Of a stretch of DNA of 39,854 nucleotides, positions 8,997-17,104 are shown piece by piece. A program made the translations under genes and the position numbers. The notes beneath the pieces are model-generated. The model saw only the letters and a program-made list of their open reading frames with translations. It did no database searches and was not told the DNA's origin. Source of the DNA: a bacterium (GTDB lineage Bacteria; Actinomycetota; Thermoleophilia; Solirubrobacterales; 70-9); the NCBI GenBank assembly GCA_046091265.1, contig JBJTBI010000048.1, forward strand, positions 1 to 39,854. Direction: 5' to 3'. Within the stretch, counting starts at the first letter, position 1; the number at the start of each line of letters is the position of its first letter.

Positions 8997-10675
8997 CCGG
9001 CCGACGCTGTCGTTTGGCGCTGGCGCTGGCGCTGGTCGCCTCGACGTTCCTGCTGCCGCCAGCCTCCCTGGCAGGACCTCCTCGTCAGGGGAGCGACCCT
9101 CCTGCGGAAACAACTGAGGTCCAGGCACTCGACGCGGCAGAGAGTTCCTCGGTGGGCCGCGAGACGTTGCGGGACCACCCACGTGCTTCCGTCAGCGCCT
9201 CGCGTAAAGAGGACGGAGCCGATTGGGAGGTCCGCTTCTTCGTCGGCGAGAGAGTCGAGGCGCTGGTGATCGTCGATCCGGTAGGCGCAACGGTGAGGGA
9301 GGAATGGACTGGTGGTCAAGTCGCCTGGACCATGGCGCGCGGTTATTCCGGTGCCTTCGGGCGGACGCTCAACGCACCGTGGGTGTGGATCCCCCTCTGC
9401 CTCATCTTCTTCTGCGGTCTGTTCGATTGGCGCAGACCGTTCCGGGTCGCCCATCTGGACCTACTCGCGCTGACCGCTGGCCTCGGACTCTCCCACTACT
9501 TCTTCAACCTGGGGCGGATAGACATCTCGGTGCCACTCGTCTACCCGGTACTCGTCTGGTTGCTGGCGAGGATGATCTGGCTCGGGACCAGTCGCGGCGG
9601 TCGGGACCCTCGTGGCGGCCTCGAACCCTCGATCCCCGCCGGAGTGCTCGCGGTCGCCGCGCTCTTCCTGATCGGGGTGCGGATCGCGTTCAACATGGCG
9701 GATTCGAATGTGATCGATGTCGGTTACGCCGGTGTCATCGGGGGTGATCTGATCTCGAGCGGGCGGACGCTCTATGCGAACTTCCCCATCAACATCGCGA
9801 ATGGAGACACCTACGGTCCGCTCTCGTACTTCGCGTACGTTCCGTTCGAACTGGCCTTTCCCTGGAGCGGCTCATGGGACGACCTTCCAGCCGCTCACGC
9901 CGCCGCGATCTTCTTCGATCTCGCAACCATGGCTGCGCTGTTCCTGCTCGGCCGCAGATTGGGATCGGGTTCGAGCGGTACTCGACTCGGCGCGCTCCTC
10001 GTCTTCGCCTGGGCCGCATGTCCGTATACGGCTTTCGCGCTCGAATCGAACACGAATGACTCGCTGGTAGCCCTGACGGTAGTGGCGATCCTGCTCGGCG
10101 TCACCTCGGCGCCGCTCCGGGGAGTGCTGGTCGCCTTCGCCTCCGCGACCAAGTTCGCTCCGCTGGCGTTGGTTCCGTTGTTCACGTCCGGGCCTCGCCC
10201 CGGTTCCATACCGCATCCACCGACCGCAGGCAGCTCGACCTCCGTTCGGCTGAAGCGTTTCCTCGCGCCACTCTCCATGCGGGAGTCGTCGACCTACCTG
10301 GTCGGGTTCGCACTGGGGCTGCTCGTGATCTTCGCCGATGCCCTCTACGACTCGGGACCTCTGGTGATCTTCGAGCGGACGATCGGCAACCAGGTCGGGC
10401 GGGACTCACCTTTCAGCATCTGGGGTCAGTTCCCGGTGCTCGAGCCACTCCAACTGTTCGTGATGGCCGCGGTCGGCCTCTTCGCACTCGCGGTGGCGAT
10501 TCGGCCCCGATTCAGAGACACAGTGGTCCTGTCGGCATTGGCCGCTGCGGTTCTGATCGCGGTCGAGATCACCTTCGACCACTGGTTCTATCTCTACTTG
10601 CCGTGGTTCCTCGGGCCCCTCTTCGTGGCACTACTCGCCAGAAATCGCCTCGCCGAGGCTCGTAAGGCCGGCTAG
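8993..10675 (+). CDS. Polytopic GT-C-type membrane glycosyltransferase (DUF2029/GT87-like)
   Basis: 560 aa. Signal/anchor MTGRRCRLALALALVASTFLL, an extracytoplasmic segment of about 100 aa, then more than 10 TM segments. The loop motif NVIDVGYAGVIGGDLISSGRTLY...GDTYGPLSYF resembles the Asp-containing first loop of GT-C mannosyltransferases. The family assignment is tentative. Confidence 0.6.
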   Translation: MTGRRCRLALALALVASTFLLPPASLAGPPRQGSDPPAETTEVQALDAAESSSVGRETLRDHPRASVSASRKEDGADWEVRFFVGERVEALVIVDPVGATVREEWTGGQVAWTMARGYSGAFGRTLNAPWVWIPLCLIFFCGLFDWRRPFRVAHLDLLALTAGLGLSHYFFNLGRIDISVPLVYPVLVWLLARMIWLGTSRGGRDPRGGLEPSIPAGVLAVAALFLIGVRIAFNMADSNVIDVGYAGVIGGDLISSGRTLYANFPINIANGDTYGPLSYFAYVPFELAFPWSGSWDDLPAAHAAAIFFDLATMAALFLLGRRLGSGSSGTRLGALLVFAWAACPYTAFALESNTNDSLVALTVVAILLGVTSAPLRGVLVAFASATKFAPLALVPLFTSGPRPGSIPHPPTAGSSTSVRLKRFLAPLSMRESSTYLVGFALGLLVIFADALYDSGPLVIFERTIGNQVGRDSPFSIWGQFPVLEPLQLFVMAAVGLFALAVAIRPRFRDTVVLSALAAAVLIAVEITFDHWFYLYLPWFLGPLFVALLARNRLAEARKAG

Positions 10676-10680
10676 CCGGC
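10667..10680. repeat. 14-bp perfect palindrome GCCGGCTAGCCGGC containing the stop codons of both convergent genes
   Basis: The plus-strand TAG (10673-10675) ends the GT-C gene. The minus-strand TAG (complement of 10672-10674) ends ymdB. Both proteins end in Ala-Gly. Confidence 0.9.
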
Positions 10681-11448
10681 TGGCGAGAGGATCTGTTCGA
10701 TCCGAGTCGAGAGGCCGTCGTCCCGGATCTCGATCAGACAACCCATGACCCAGACGTCTTCCGCTGCTGTCTCGAAACGCACCGGTAAGCCGGTCCGGAG
10801 TGACTCCAATGCCCCGTCGCGTTTCACGCCGAGCACTCCATCTCTCGATCCGGTCATTCCGACGTCCGTGATGTGGGCGGTTCCGCCGGGGAGAATCCGC
10901 GGATCGGCTGTCGGGACATGGGTGTGTGTCCCGCAGACCGCGGCGACTCTTCCATCGAGATGCCATCCCATCGCCACCTTCTCACTGGTCACCTCGGCGT
11001 GGAAGTCGACGAAGACCGCATCAGCGCGGCCGTCGATCTCTTCGAGCAGTTCGTCGATGGCCGCAAACGGATTGCGATCTACTTGCATTTGTACGGCGCC
11101 GCTCAGGTTGACCACCGCGACCCGCATCCCGCCGGCTTCGACGATGGTCCAGCCTCGTCCGGGTGACTCGGGCGAGTGGTTGAGCGGCCGCACCACTCGT
11201 TCCTCGGCGTTGAGGAATCCGAAGGCTTCCCGTTGCCGGTAGGCATGGTTGCCGAGGGTGATCACCTGCGCACCTGCGGCGAAGATCTCCTCCGCGGTTT
11301 GCTCGGTGATACCCACGCCTCCAGCGGCGTTCTCACCGTTCACGACGATGAGATCGGGCTTGTGTTCTGCACGCAGTGCGGGCATGGTTGCGGACAGACC
11401 CTCCCGTCCGGGACTCCCGACGACATCTCCGATGAACAGCAGCCGCAT
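10672..11448 (-). CDS. ymdB: YmdB-family metallophosphoesterase (TIGR00282-like 2',3'-cyclic nucleotide phosphodiesterase)
   Basis: 258 aa. MRLLFIGDVVGSPGR, VVNGENAAGG, ITLGNHA, VDFHAEVTSEK and CGTHTHVPTAD are the calcineurin-like/YmdB motifs. Confidence 0.9.
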   Translation of the reverse strand: MRLLFIGDVVGSPGREGLSATMPALRAEHKPDLIVVNGENAAGGVGITEQTAEEIFAAGAQVITLGNHAYRQREAFGFLNAEERVVRPLNHSPESPGRGWTIVEAGGMRVAVVNLSGAVQMQVDRNPFAAIDELLEEIDGRADAVFVDFHAEVTSEKVAMGWHLDGRVAAVCGTHTHVPTADPRILPGGTAHITDVGMTGSRDGVLGVKRDGALESLRTGLPVRFETAAEDVWVMGCLIEIRDDGLSTRIEQILSPAG

Positions 11449-11454
11449 GGTCTC

Positions 11455-11460
11455 AGGCTA
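11455..11460 (-). promoter_or_regulatory. Putative -10 hexamer (TAGCCT on the minus strand) for leaderless ymdB
   Basis: TANNNT lies 6 nt upstream of ATG 11448 with no SD. It is back-to-back with the hemB -10 in a 76-nt divergent spacer. Confidence 0.4.
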
Positions 11461-11511
11461 GAGGGAGCGCCCCGACGCACTCGCACGCTCACGGCCGAAA
11501 ACGGTGCACCC

Positions 11512-11517
11512 TAGAAT
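11512..11517 (+). promoter_or_regulatory. Putative -10 hexamer (TAGAAT) for leaderless hemB
   Basis: TAGAAT, then 7 nt (CCCGACC), then ATG 11525. No SD is present. Confidence 0.5.
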
Positions 11518-11524
11518 CCCGACC

Positions 11525-12514
11525 ATGGCTTTTCCAGCAACCCGATTCCGACGCCTCCGGAGGAGCGGCCAGCTCCGGGAACTGGTGGCCGAGAACGAAC
11601 TCTCTCCCTCTCATCTGATCCAGCCGATGTTCGTCACCTCCGGAGAGGGCCTGCGGGAGCCGGTCGAGTCCATGCCCGGGGTCGAACGACTGTCGATCTC
11701 GGAACTGGTGGCCGAGGTGACGACCGTTGCCTCTGCAGGGGTACGCGCCGTGCTCTTGTTCGGGATCCCAGCGACCAAGGACGAGGTCGCCAGCGAGGCT
11801 TACGACGATGAGGGTGTGGTCCAGATGGCCGTCAGAGGCTTGAAGGAGGCGCATCCCGAGGTAACCGTGATCACCGATGTCTGCCTCTGCGAGTACACCT
11901 CCCACGGCCACTGCGGAGTCCTCCAGGGAGAGGACGTGGACAACGACCTCACGATCGAACTGCTCGCAAAGACCGCGATCTCACATGCCGACGCCGGTGC
12001 AGACGCGATAGCGCCGAGCGACATGATGGACGGTCGCATCGGCGCGATCCGTGCCCAGCTCGACGAGTCCGGCCACCAAGGTCTGCCGATCATCTCCTAC
12101 GCCGCCAAGTACGCCTCGTCCTTCTACGGTCCGTTTCGGGACGCAGCCGATTGTGCCCCCTCATCAGGTGACCGGCGCGGCTATCAGATGGATCCAGCCA
12201 ATGCACTCGAAGCGGTGCGCGAGGCGGAAGCCGACCTCGACGAGGGAGCGGATGTCCTGATGGTCAAGCCTGCGATGCCGTACCTGGATGTCGTCTCGCT
12301 GGTCAAGGAAGCCACCGGAGCTCCCGTGGCGGCCTATCAGGTGTCTGGCGAATACTCGATGATCAAGGCTGCAGCGGCGAACGGTTGGCTGGATGAACGA
12401 TCTGCTGTACTCGAATCTCTGCTGGCGATTCGCAGGGCAGGAGCCGACGCAATCATCACCTATTACGCAACCGCCGCCGCTCTCTGGCTGGCAGAGGAGG
12501 CATCCACACGATGA
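11525..12514 (+). CDS. hemB: Porphobilinogen synthase (delta-aminolevulinate dehydratase), Zn-type
   Basis: RFRRLRR N-terminus. Cys-rich Zn site DVCLCEYTSHGHCG. Active-site Lys contexts (MVKPAMPYLD, SGEYSMI). Start moved to ATG 11525 from the ORF-track start at 11504. Confidence 0.95.
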   Translation: MAFPATRFRRLRRSGQLRELVAENELSPSHLIQPMFVTSGEGLREPVESMPGVERLSISELVAEVTTVASAGVRAVLLFGIPATKDEVASEAYDDEGVVQMAVRGLKEAHPEVTVITDVCLCEYTSHGHCGVLQGEDVDNDLTIELLAKTAISHADAGADAIAPSDMMDGRIGAIRAQLDESGHQGLPIISYAAKYASSFYGPFRDAADCAPSSGDRRGYQMDPANALEAVREAEADLDEGADVLMVKPAMPYLDVVSLVKEATGAPVAAYQVSGEYSMIKAAAANGWLDERSAVLESLLAIRRAGADAIITYYATAAALWLAEEASTR

Positions 12515-13602
12515 ACACACCGGCATCAGGAGCAACCCCCAAGGTTCGCGAGCGCAAGGACGGAGCGGCGGTGCCTCTGGATGATCACGATCGCAAGCTG
12601 ATGAACCTCCTGCAGTCCAGCTTCCCTCTAACTCCGGAGCCTTTTGCAGCCGTGGCGACTGAGGCCGGTATGGATCTCGACGACGTGCTCGAGCGGACTC
12701 AGCGTCTGCTCGACGAACGGATCATCCGGGAGTTGACCCCCATCTTCGACACGCGGGCCCTCGGTTACGAGTCGATGTTGGTCGCGGCGAAGGTCGATCC
12801 AGAGAATCCCCACCGCGCCGCCAAGATCATCAATTCGCACCCCGGTGTCTCCCACAACTACCTGCGCGACCACGAATTCAACCTCTGGTTCACGATCGCC
12901 ACCCCGCCGGATTCGAAGCTCGGTCTGGACGGGACCGTCTCGGTACTGCAGGAGTTGACCGGCGCGGAGTCGATCCGCCAGCTCCCGACGCTGACCCTGT
13001 TCAAGATCAACATGAACCTCGAGATGGAGAAGGGCACAGAGACCCTCGCGGCTCCCGCAGGGGAGGCTGTGATGCCTCGCGAGTTGGAACCAGTTGCCTA
13101 TGACGAGACGGATATCGAGGTGATCCGCGCGATCCAGGGCCAGATGGAACCGGTCGCCAGGCCCTTCGATGCCCCGGCCTCACGTGCAGGGATGGATGTC
13201 GACTCCTATCTGAGCCACCTCGCCGGCATGCAGGAGCGAGGAATCCTGCGCCGCGTGGCCGCGATCCTCTTCCACCGTCGCGCCGGATTCTCCGCAAACG
13301 GTATGGGTGTTTGGCGGGTCCCGGAGGACCGGATCCGTGAGGTGGGCGTCGAGATGGCATCGGTCCGCGGGATCTCTCACTGCTATCAGCGGCCCACCTA
13401 TGAGGACTGGCCGTACAGCGTCTTCACCATGGCTCATGGGCGGTCGAAGGAGGAGTGCGACGCGATCCTCGATTCGATCGCCGATCAACACGATCTCCAT
13501 GGCGAGGATCGGGCCGTCCTCTACTCCTCGACCGAGTTCAAGAAGATCCGGCTTCGCTACTTCACGGAGGACTACGCCGCGTGGGAGGCAGAGAACTCCT
13601 GA
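12511..13602 (+). CDS. ahbAB: Fused two-domain AsnC/Lrp-like protein resembling siroheme decarboxylase (AhbA-AhbB / NirDL type)
   Basis: 363 aa made of two tandem halves. Half 1 carries HPGVSHNYLRDHEFNLWFT. Half 2 carries GISHCYQRPTYEDWPYSVFTMAHG. ATGA overlap with the hemB stop. Confidence 0.7.
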   Translation: MNTPASGATPKVRERKDGAAVPLDDHDRKLMNLLQSSFPLTPEPFAAVATEAGMDLDDVLERTQRLLDERIIRELTPIFDTRALGYESMLVAAKVDPENPHRAAKIINSHPGVSHNYLRDHEFNLWFTIATPPDSKLGLDGTVSVLQELTGAESIRQLPTLTLFKINMNLEMEKGTETLAAPAGEAVMPRELEPVAYDETDIEVIRAIQGQMEPVARPFDAPASRAGMDVDSYLSHLAGMQERGILRRVAAILFHRRAGFSANGMGVWRVPEDRIREVGVEMASVRGISHCYQRPTYEDWPYSVFTMAHGRSKEECDAILDSIADQHDLHGEDRAVLYSSTEFKKIRLRYFTEDYAAWEAENS

Positions 13603-14879
13603 ACTGGGACGGTTCCAGGAAGCTGTACGGGGAAGCACTGGAGCTGTTGCCGGGTGGGGTCAACTCACCGGTCCGGGCCATGCGGTCCATCGGTCGTGAC
13701 CCGATCTTCATCGACAGGGGAGAGGGTCCGTATCTGTTCGACGTCGATGGCAACCGATACGTCGACTGGGTCTGCTCATGGGGTCCGTTGATCGCCGGCC
13801 ATGCCGAACCATCGATTCTCGCGGCAGTCAGCGCGGCAGCACAGCGCGGCACCACCTACGGGGCGCCTACCGCCGGTGAGGTCACTCTTGCCCGCGAGGT
13901 CGCGGAGCGTTTCGACTCCGTCGAGATGATCCGCATGACCTCCTCAGGGACCGAGGCAGCGATGGGGGCTATCCGTCTCGCCCGCGCAGCGACAGGACGG
14001 GATGCGCTGGTCAAGTTCGCTGGCGCGTATCACGGCCACACCGATGGACTCCTGGTCTCAGCTGGTTCGGGAATGGCCACGGCCGGCAAGCCGTCGAGTC
14101 CCGGCGTCCCCGCTGCCGTAGCGGAGCAAACCACCGTGGTCCCCTGGAACGACGCAGATGCGGTCGAAGCAGCACTGGCGGCCAGACCGGTTGCTGCGCT
14201 CCTGGTCGAGCCGATACCGGCGAACATGGGCCTCGTCCCTCCTGCGGAGGGTTTTCTCCAGCGATTGAGGGACTTGGCCGACGAGTACGGAGCCGTCCTG
14301 GTCTTCGACGAGGTGATCTCGGGGTTCCGTGTAGCTCGGGGAGGCGCGCAGGAGTTGACCGGGGTCCAACCCGACGTGACGGCTTTCGGGAAGGTCATCG
14401 GCGGAGGCCTCCCCGCCGCGGCGTTCGGAGGGAGTTCCGAGATGATGAGTCACCTCGCACCGGCTGGCGACGTCTATCAGGCGGGAACCCTCTCCGGAAA
14501 TCCGCTCGCGGTCGCAGCAGGACTCGCCACGTTGGAATTGCTCGATGACGCCGCCTACCTGAAGCTCTCTCAAACCACCGATGCTCTGGCCGATGCTCTT
14601 CGTGAGGCCGCAGGCGACCACCCGGTGCAGGTGGTCTCGGTTCCCGGTCTGGTCACTCCCTTCTTCACAGATCAGCCGGTAAGTGATTTCGAGGGAGCGA
14701 ACTCCTGCGACATGGACGCGTACGCTCGCTTCTGCCGCGCACTGATCGAGCGCGGTGTCTATCCACCAGCGTCACAGTTCGAGGCGTGGTTCCCCTCGCT
14801 CGCTCACCACGAGGAGACCGTCGAGACGACCGCAGCGGCAGCAGCGGAGGCCTTCGATGCGGTCTTCGCCGACGGCTGA
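13581..14879 (+). CDS. hemL: Glutamate-1-semialdehyde 2,1-aminomutase
   Basis: LPGGVNSPVRA, WGPLIAGH, FDEVISGFR and FGKVIGGGLP (PLP Lys). Start proposed at GTG 13581, which overlaps ahbAB by 22 nt. The ORF-track start at 13455 is rejected. Confidence 0.92.
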   Translation: MGGRELLNWDGSRKLYGEALELLPGGVNSPVRAMRSIGRDPIFIDRGEGPYLFDVDGNRYVDWVCSWGPLIAGHAEPSILAAVSAAAQRGTTYGAPTAGEVTLAREVAERFDSVEMIRMTSSGTEAAMGAIRLARAATGRDALVKFAGAYHGHTDGLLVSAGSGMATAGKPSSPGVPAAVAEQTTVVPWNDADAVEAALAARPVAALLVEPIPANMGLVPPAEGFLQRLRDLADEYGAVLVFDEVISGFRVARGGAQELTGVQPDVTAFGKVIGGGLPAAAFGGSSEMMSHLAPAGDVYQAGTLSGNPLAVAAGLATLELLDDAAYLKLSQTTDALADALREAAGDHPVQVVSVPGLVTPFFTDQPVSDFEGANSCDMDAYARFCRALIERGVYPPASQFEAWFPSLAHHEETVETTAAAAAEAFDAVFADG

Positions 14880-14890
14880 TCTCTGTGGAG

Positions 14891-15532
14891 ATGGAGCAGC
14901 CAGCGCGGATGAGCGGTTCCCGGACCTTCATGGATCTGAGAGACGAGGTCGCGACGGAGGATGGTCTGCGGTCCGCCTTGCGACCGGTGGATGACCTCGT
15001 CGCCTCAGCGGCATTCGGAGAGTTCGTCGCCCTGGGCCCCCGATCCACCGACCCCGATCAGTACGCAGTATTGATCGAGTCGATCCGCGAGGGCTACCTC
15101 CTGCACTACGGCACACCAAGACTCTTCGTCTCGGATATCGACCCGGATCTGGCGCTCCTGGCTGGAGACTTCCTCTACGCCCTCGGGCTCGAGCGTCTGT
15201 CCACACTCGGTGACACCGAGGCTGTGGCTCACTTGGCGGATCTGATCTCGCTCCAGGCCGTAATCCACGCCGATGGGGACCCTGCCGATCGCGGCTCTGA
15301 TCAATTGGATCGGGCGCTCTGGCTGGCCACGGGCGTTGCCGTCGGATCCGGCGCGAACCCGGAATTCACCGCTCTGAAAGCGGAAATCCCGGGTTCTCGG
15401 GATCCGCAAGGGCTTGCCGATCGGCTCGTGGCCTGCTCGGAGCATCGCGTCGCTGAGGCGGGCGTCGAGGAGGCGTGGACCCGGTTGCGCGAACAGGTAG
15501 GATTGGGAAGTGGATCAGAGCCTCTCGGCTGA
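14891..15532 (+). CDS. Hypothetical protein; possibly the non-catalytic small subunit of a heteromeric polyprenyl diphosphate synthase (HepS-like)
   Basis: About 213 aa, starting 11 nt after the hemL stop (ATG 14891 or GTG 14885). It has only weak features (LALLAGDFLYALGLERL) and no DDxxD motif. The functional guess rests mostly on context, because hepS-menH-hepT is an operon in Bacillus. Confidence 0.4.
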   Translation: MEQPARMSGSRTFMDLRDEVATEDGLRSALRPVDDLVASAAFGEFVALGPRSTDPDQYAVLIESIREGYLLHYGTPRLFVSDIDPDLALLAGDFLYALGLERLSTLGDTEAVAHLADLISLQAVIHADGDPADRGSDQLDRALWLATGVAVGSGANPEFTALKAEIPGSRDPQGLADRLVACSEHRVAEAGVEEAWTRLREQVGLGSGSEPLG

Positions 15533-15644
15533 GTCCACGAGACCCCCGATCACCGGAGATCAATTGGCTACGAACGGCAACAGCGGAAACGGCGAACGCA
15601 AGCTTCCGAAGGCGGCACCGGCCGGCACCTTCGAAGGCGAGTCG

Positions 15645-16223
15645 ATGAACCGCCGCGCCGCCTTGATGGTCGGCGGACAGGTTCTCGCTGGCGGTGCAAT
15701 TGCGGTCGTGGCGCTACCGACCATCGGCTTCGCTCTCGCCCCGGTCTTCAAGGAGAAGGGTGACTTCTGGCAGTCGGTCGGTTCGATCGATCAGTACTCG
15801 GCCGACGAGTACACAGCGACCGTGAGCACCGCGGTCGAGGGCACTGGTGAGTCCGGCAAGACCACAGCCTACGTTCGCCTCGGCAACGAGGAACTGAAGG
15901 AAGATCCGAATTCCGTCGTGGCGGTCAGCACTCGCTGTGCGCACCTCGGTTGTGCGGTCAGGTTCGTCGCAGCTGCCGGTAACTTCATCTGCCCGTGTCA
16001 CGGAGGCGTCTACGGGTTCCAGGGCGAGCGCATCGGTGGCCCCCCTGTCCGGCCCCTCGACCGCTTCCAGACTCGGGTGCGTGACGGGGAGGGCGAGATC
16101 GGCCCCCGCTACAGCGTCACCAACAGTTTTGACCCGGTTCGCGCCCGCGATCCTGGCGAGTTCACCGGAGGAGTCTGGAACGTCATCTACCCACCGCGGC
16201 CCTCTGTGCCGCCGGCTCCCTAG
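15645..16223 (+). CDS. qcrA: Menaquinol-cytochrome c reductase Rieske iron-sulfur subunit
   Basis: Rieske boxes CAHLGCAV and CPCHGGVY. Twin-arginine signal MNRRAALMVGG at the ATG 15645 start, with GAAGG 9 nt upstream. A longer form from GTG 15510 is possible. Confidence 0.85.
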   Translation: MNRRAALMVGGQVLAGGAIAVVALPTIGFALAPVFKEKGDFWQSVGSIDQYSADEYTATVSTAVEGTGESGKTTAYVRLGNEELKEDPNSVVAVSTRCAHLGCAVRFVAAAGNFICPCHGGVYGFQGERIGGPPVRPLDRFQTRVRDGEGEIGPRYSVTNSFDPVRARDPGEFTGGVWNVIYPPRPSVPPAP

Positions 16224-16237
16224 GGGAGGAAACCAAA

Positions 16238-17104
16238 GTGCCCGATCTCGAAAAGCTGATTCCGCCCCCTCTTCGTCGTCCCGCCAAGCCCGGCGAGGGC
16301 AACGGGAACGGGAACGGCAATGGGAACGGGATCGTCGATCTGCGTCAACCCGTGGAGAAGAACGGTTCGGCCGCGACCGAGGATCTCAAGGGCAAGCTGA
16401 AGGACTCTCCCGCCGACGTGGTCGGTTGGGTCGATGAGCGGACCGGAGCTTCGAACATCGTCACAGCCTTGGCGCTGCGCAAGGTGCCGAAGGGGACGAA
16501 CTGGTTCTACACGCTGGGCTCGGCGACGATGTTCGCGTTCATCTGTCAGGCGCTCACCGGTGTCTTCCTCGCGATGTACTACACACCCTCGCCTGTCGAG
16601 GCATATGCGTCGATCACCTACCTGACCAACGAGGTATTCCTCGGTGAGTTCGTCCGCGGAATGCACAAGTGGGGCGCGACCGTGATGATCATCCTGATCT
16701 TCATGCACATGGCCCGTACCTTCTTCTTCGGCGCCTACAAGTACCCGCGCGAGCTCAACTGGGTGATCGGGGTCGTGCTGATCATCCTCACCTTGGTCAT
16801 GGGTCTTACCGGTTACCTGCTCCCGTTCGACCAGCGTTCCTTCTGGGCAACCGAGGTGGCGAACAACATCACGGCGAGCGGTCCCTTCGTAGGCCCGTAT
16901 CTCGCCGACTTCCTCAGGGCCGGTCCCGAGATCGGCGCCACCACGATCCAGCGCTTCTACGCGATCCACATGCTGTTGGTGCCCGGTCTGATCATCGGAT
17001 TGATCGGCGCGCACCTCTTCCTGGTGGTCAAGCTCGGCACCACCGCGCCGCCCTGGGTCCACGCCAGCAAGCCGAAGTCCCTTCGTCGCAAGGATGTCGG
17101 ATGA
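16238..17104 (+). CDS. qcrB: Cytochrome b6-type (short, 4-helix) cytochrome b subunit
   Basis: 288 aa. GGGGAGGA SD upstream of GTG 16238. NWFYTLGSATMFAFICQALTGVFLAMYY and RGMHKWGATVMI...FMHMARTFFFGAYK carry the His heme ligands. It ends after helix D. N-terminal extension of about 60 aa with a (Gly-Asn)5 repeat. Confidence 0.9.
   Translation: MPDLEKLIPPPLRRPAKPGEGNGNGNGNGNGIVDLRQPVEKNGSAATEDLKGKLKDSPADVVGWVDERTGASNIVTALALRKVPKGTNWFYTLGSATMFAFICQALTGVFLAMYYTPSPVEAYASITYLTNEVFLGEFVRGMHKWGATVMIILIFMHMARTFFFGAYKYPRELNWVIGVVLIILTLVMGLTGYLLPFDQRSFWATEVANNITASGPFVGPYLADFLRAGPEIGATTIQRFYAIHMLLVPGLIIGLIGAHLFLVVKLGTTAPPWVHASKPKSLRRKDVG
16298..16330 (+). repeat. In-frame hexanucleotide tandem repeat (GGN-AAY)x5 encoding GNGNGNGNGNG in the QcrB N-terminal extension
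   Basis: ggcaacgggaacgggaacggcaatgggaacggg read directly from the sequence. Confidence 0.9.

Noticed and set aside
10820-10835. A parS-like half match (GTTTCACG) inside ymdB. I also looked around parA/parB and at 142-238 for TGTTTCACGTGAAACA.
   Set aside because: Only the left half matches and the right half does not (3 of 7). No full 16-bp parS palindrome was found by eye anywhere in the window.
16298-16330. The hexanucleotide tandem repeat, considered as a possible VNTR, CRISPR-like or slippage element.
   Set aside because: It has only five imperfect units and is in frame within qcrB, encoding a (GN)5 linker. The similar short GGCGCT x3 at about 9019-9036 simply encodes the LALALAL stretch of a signal peptide.
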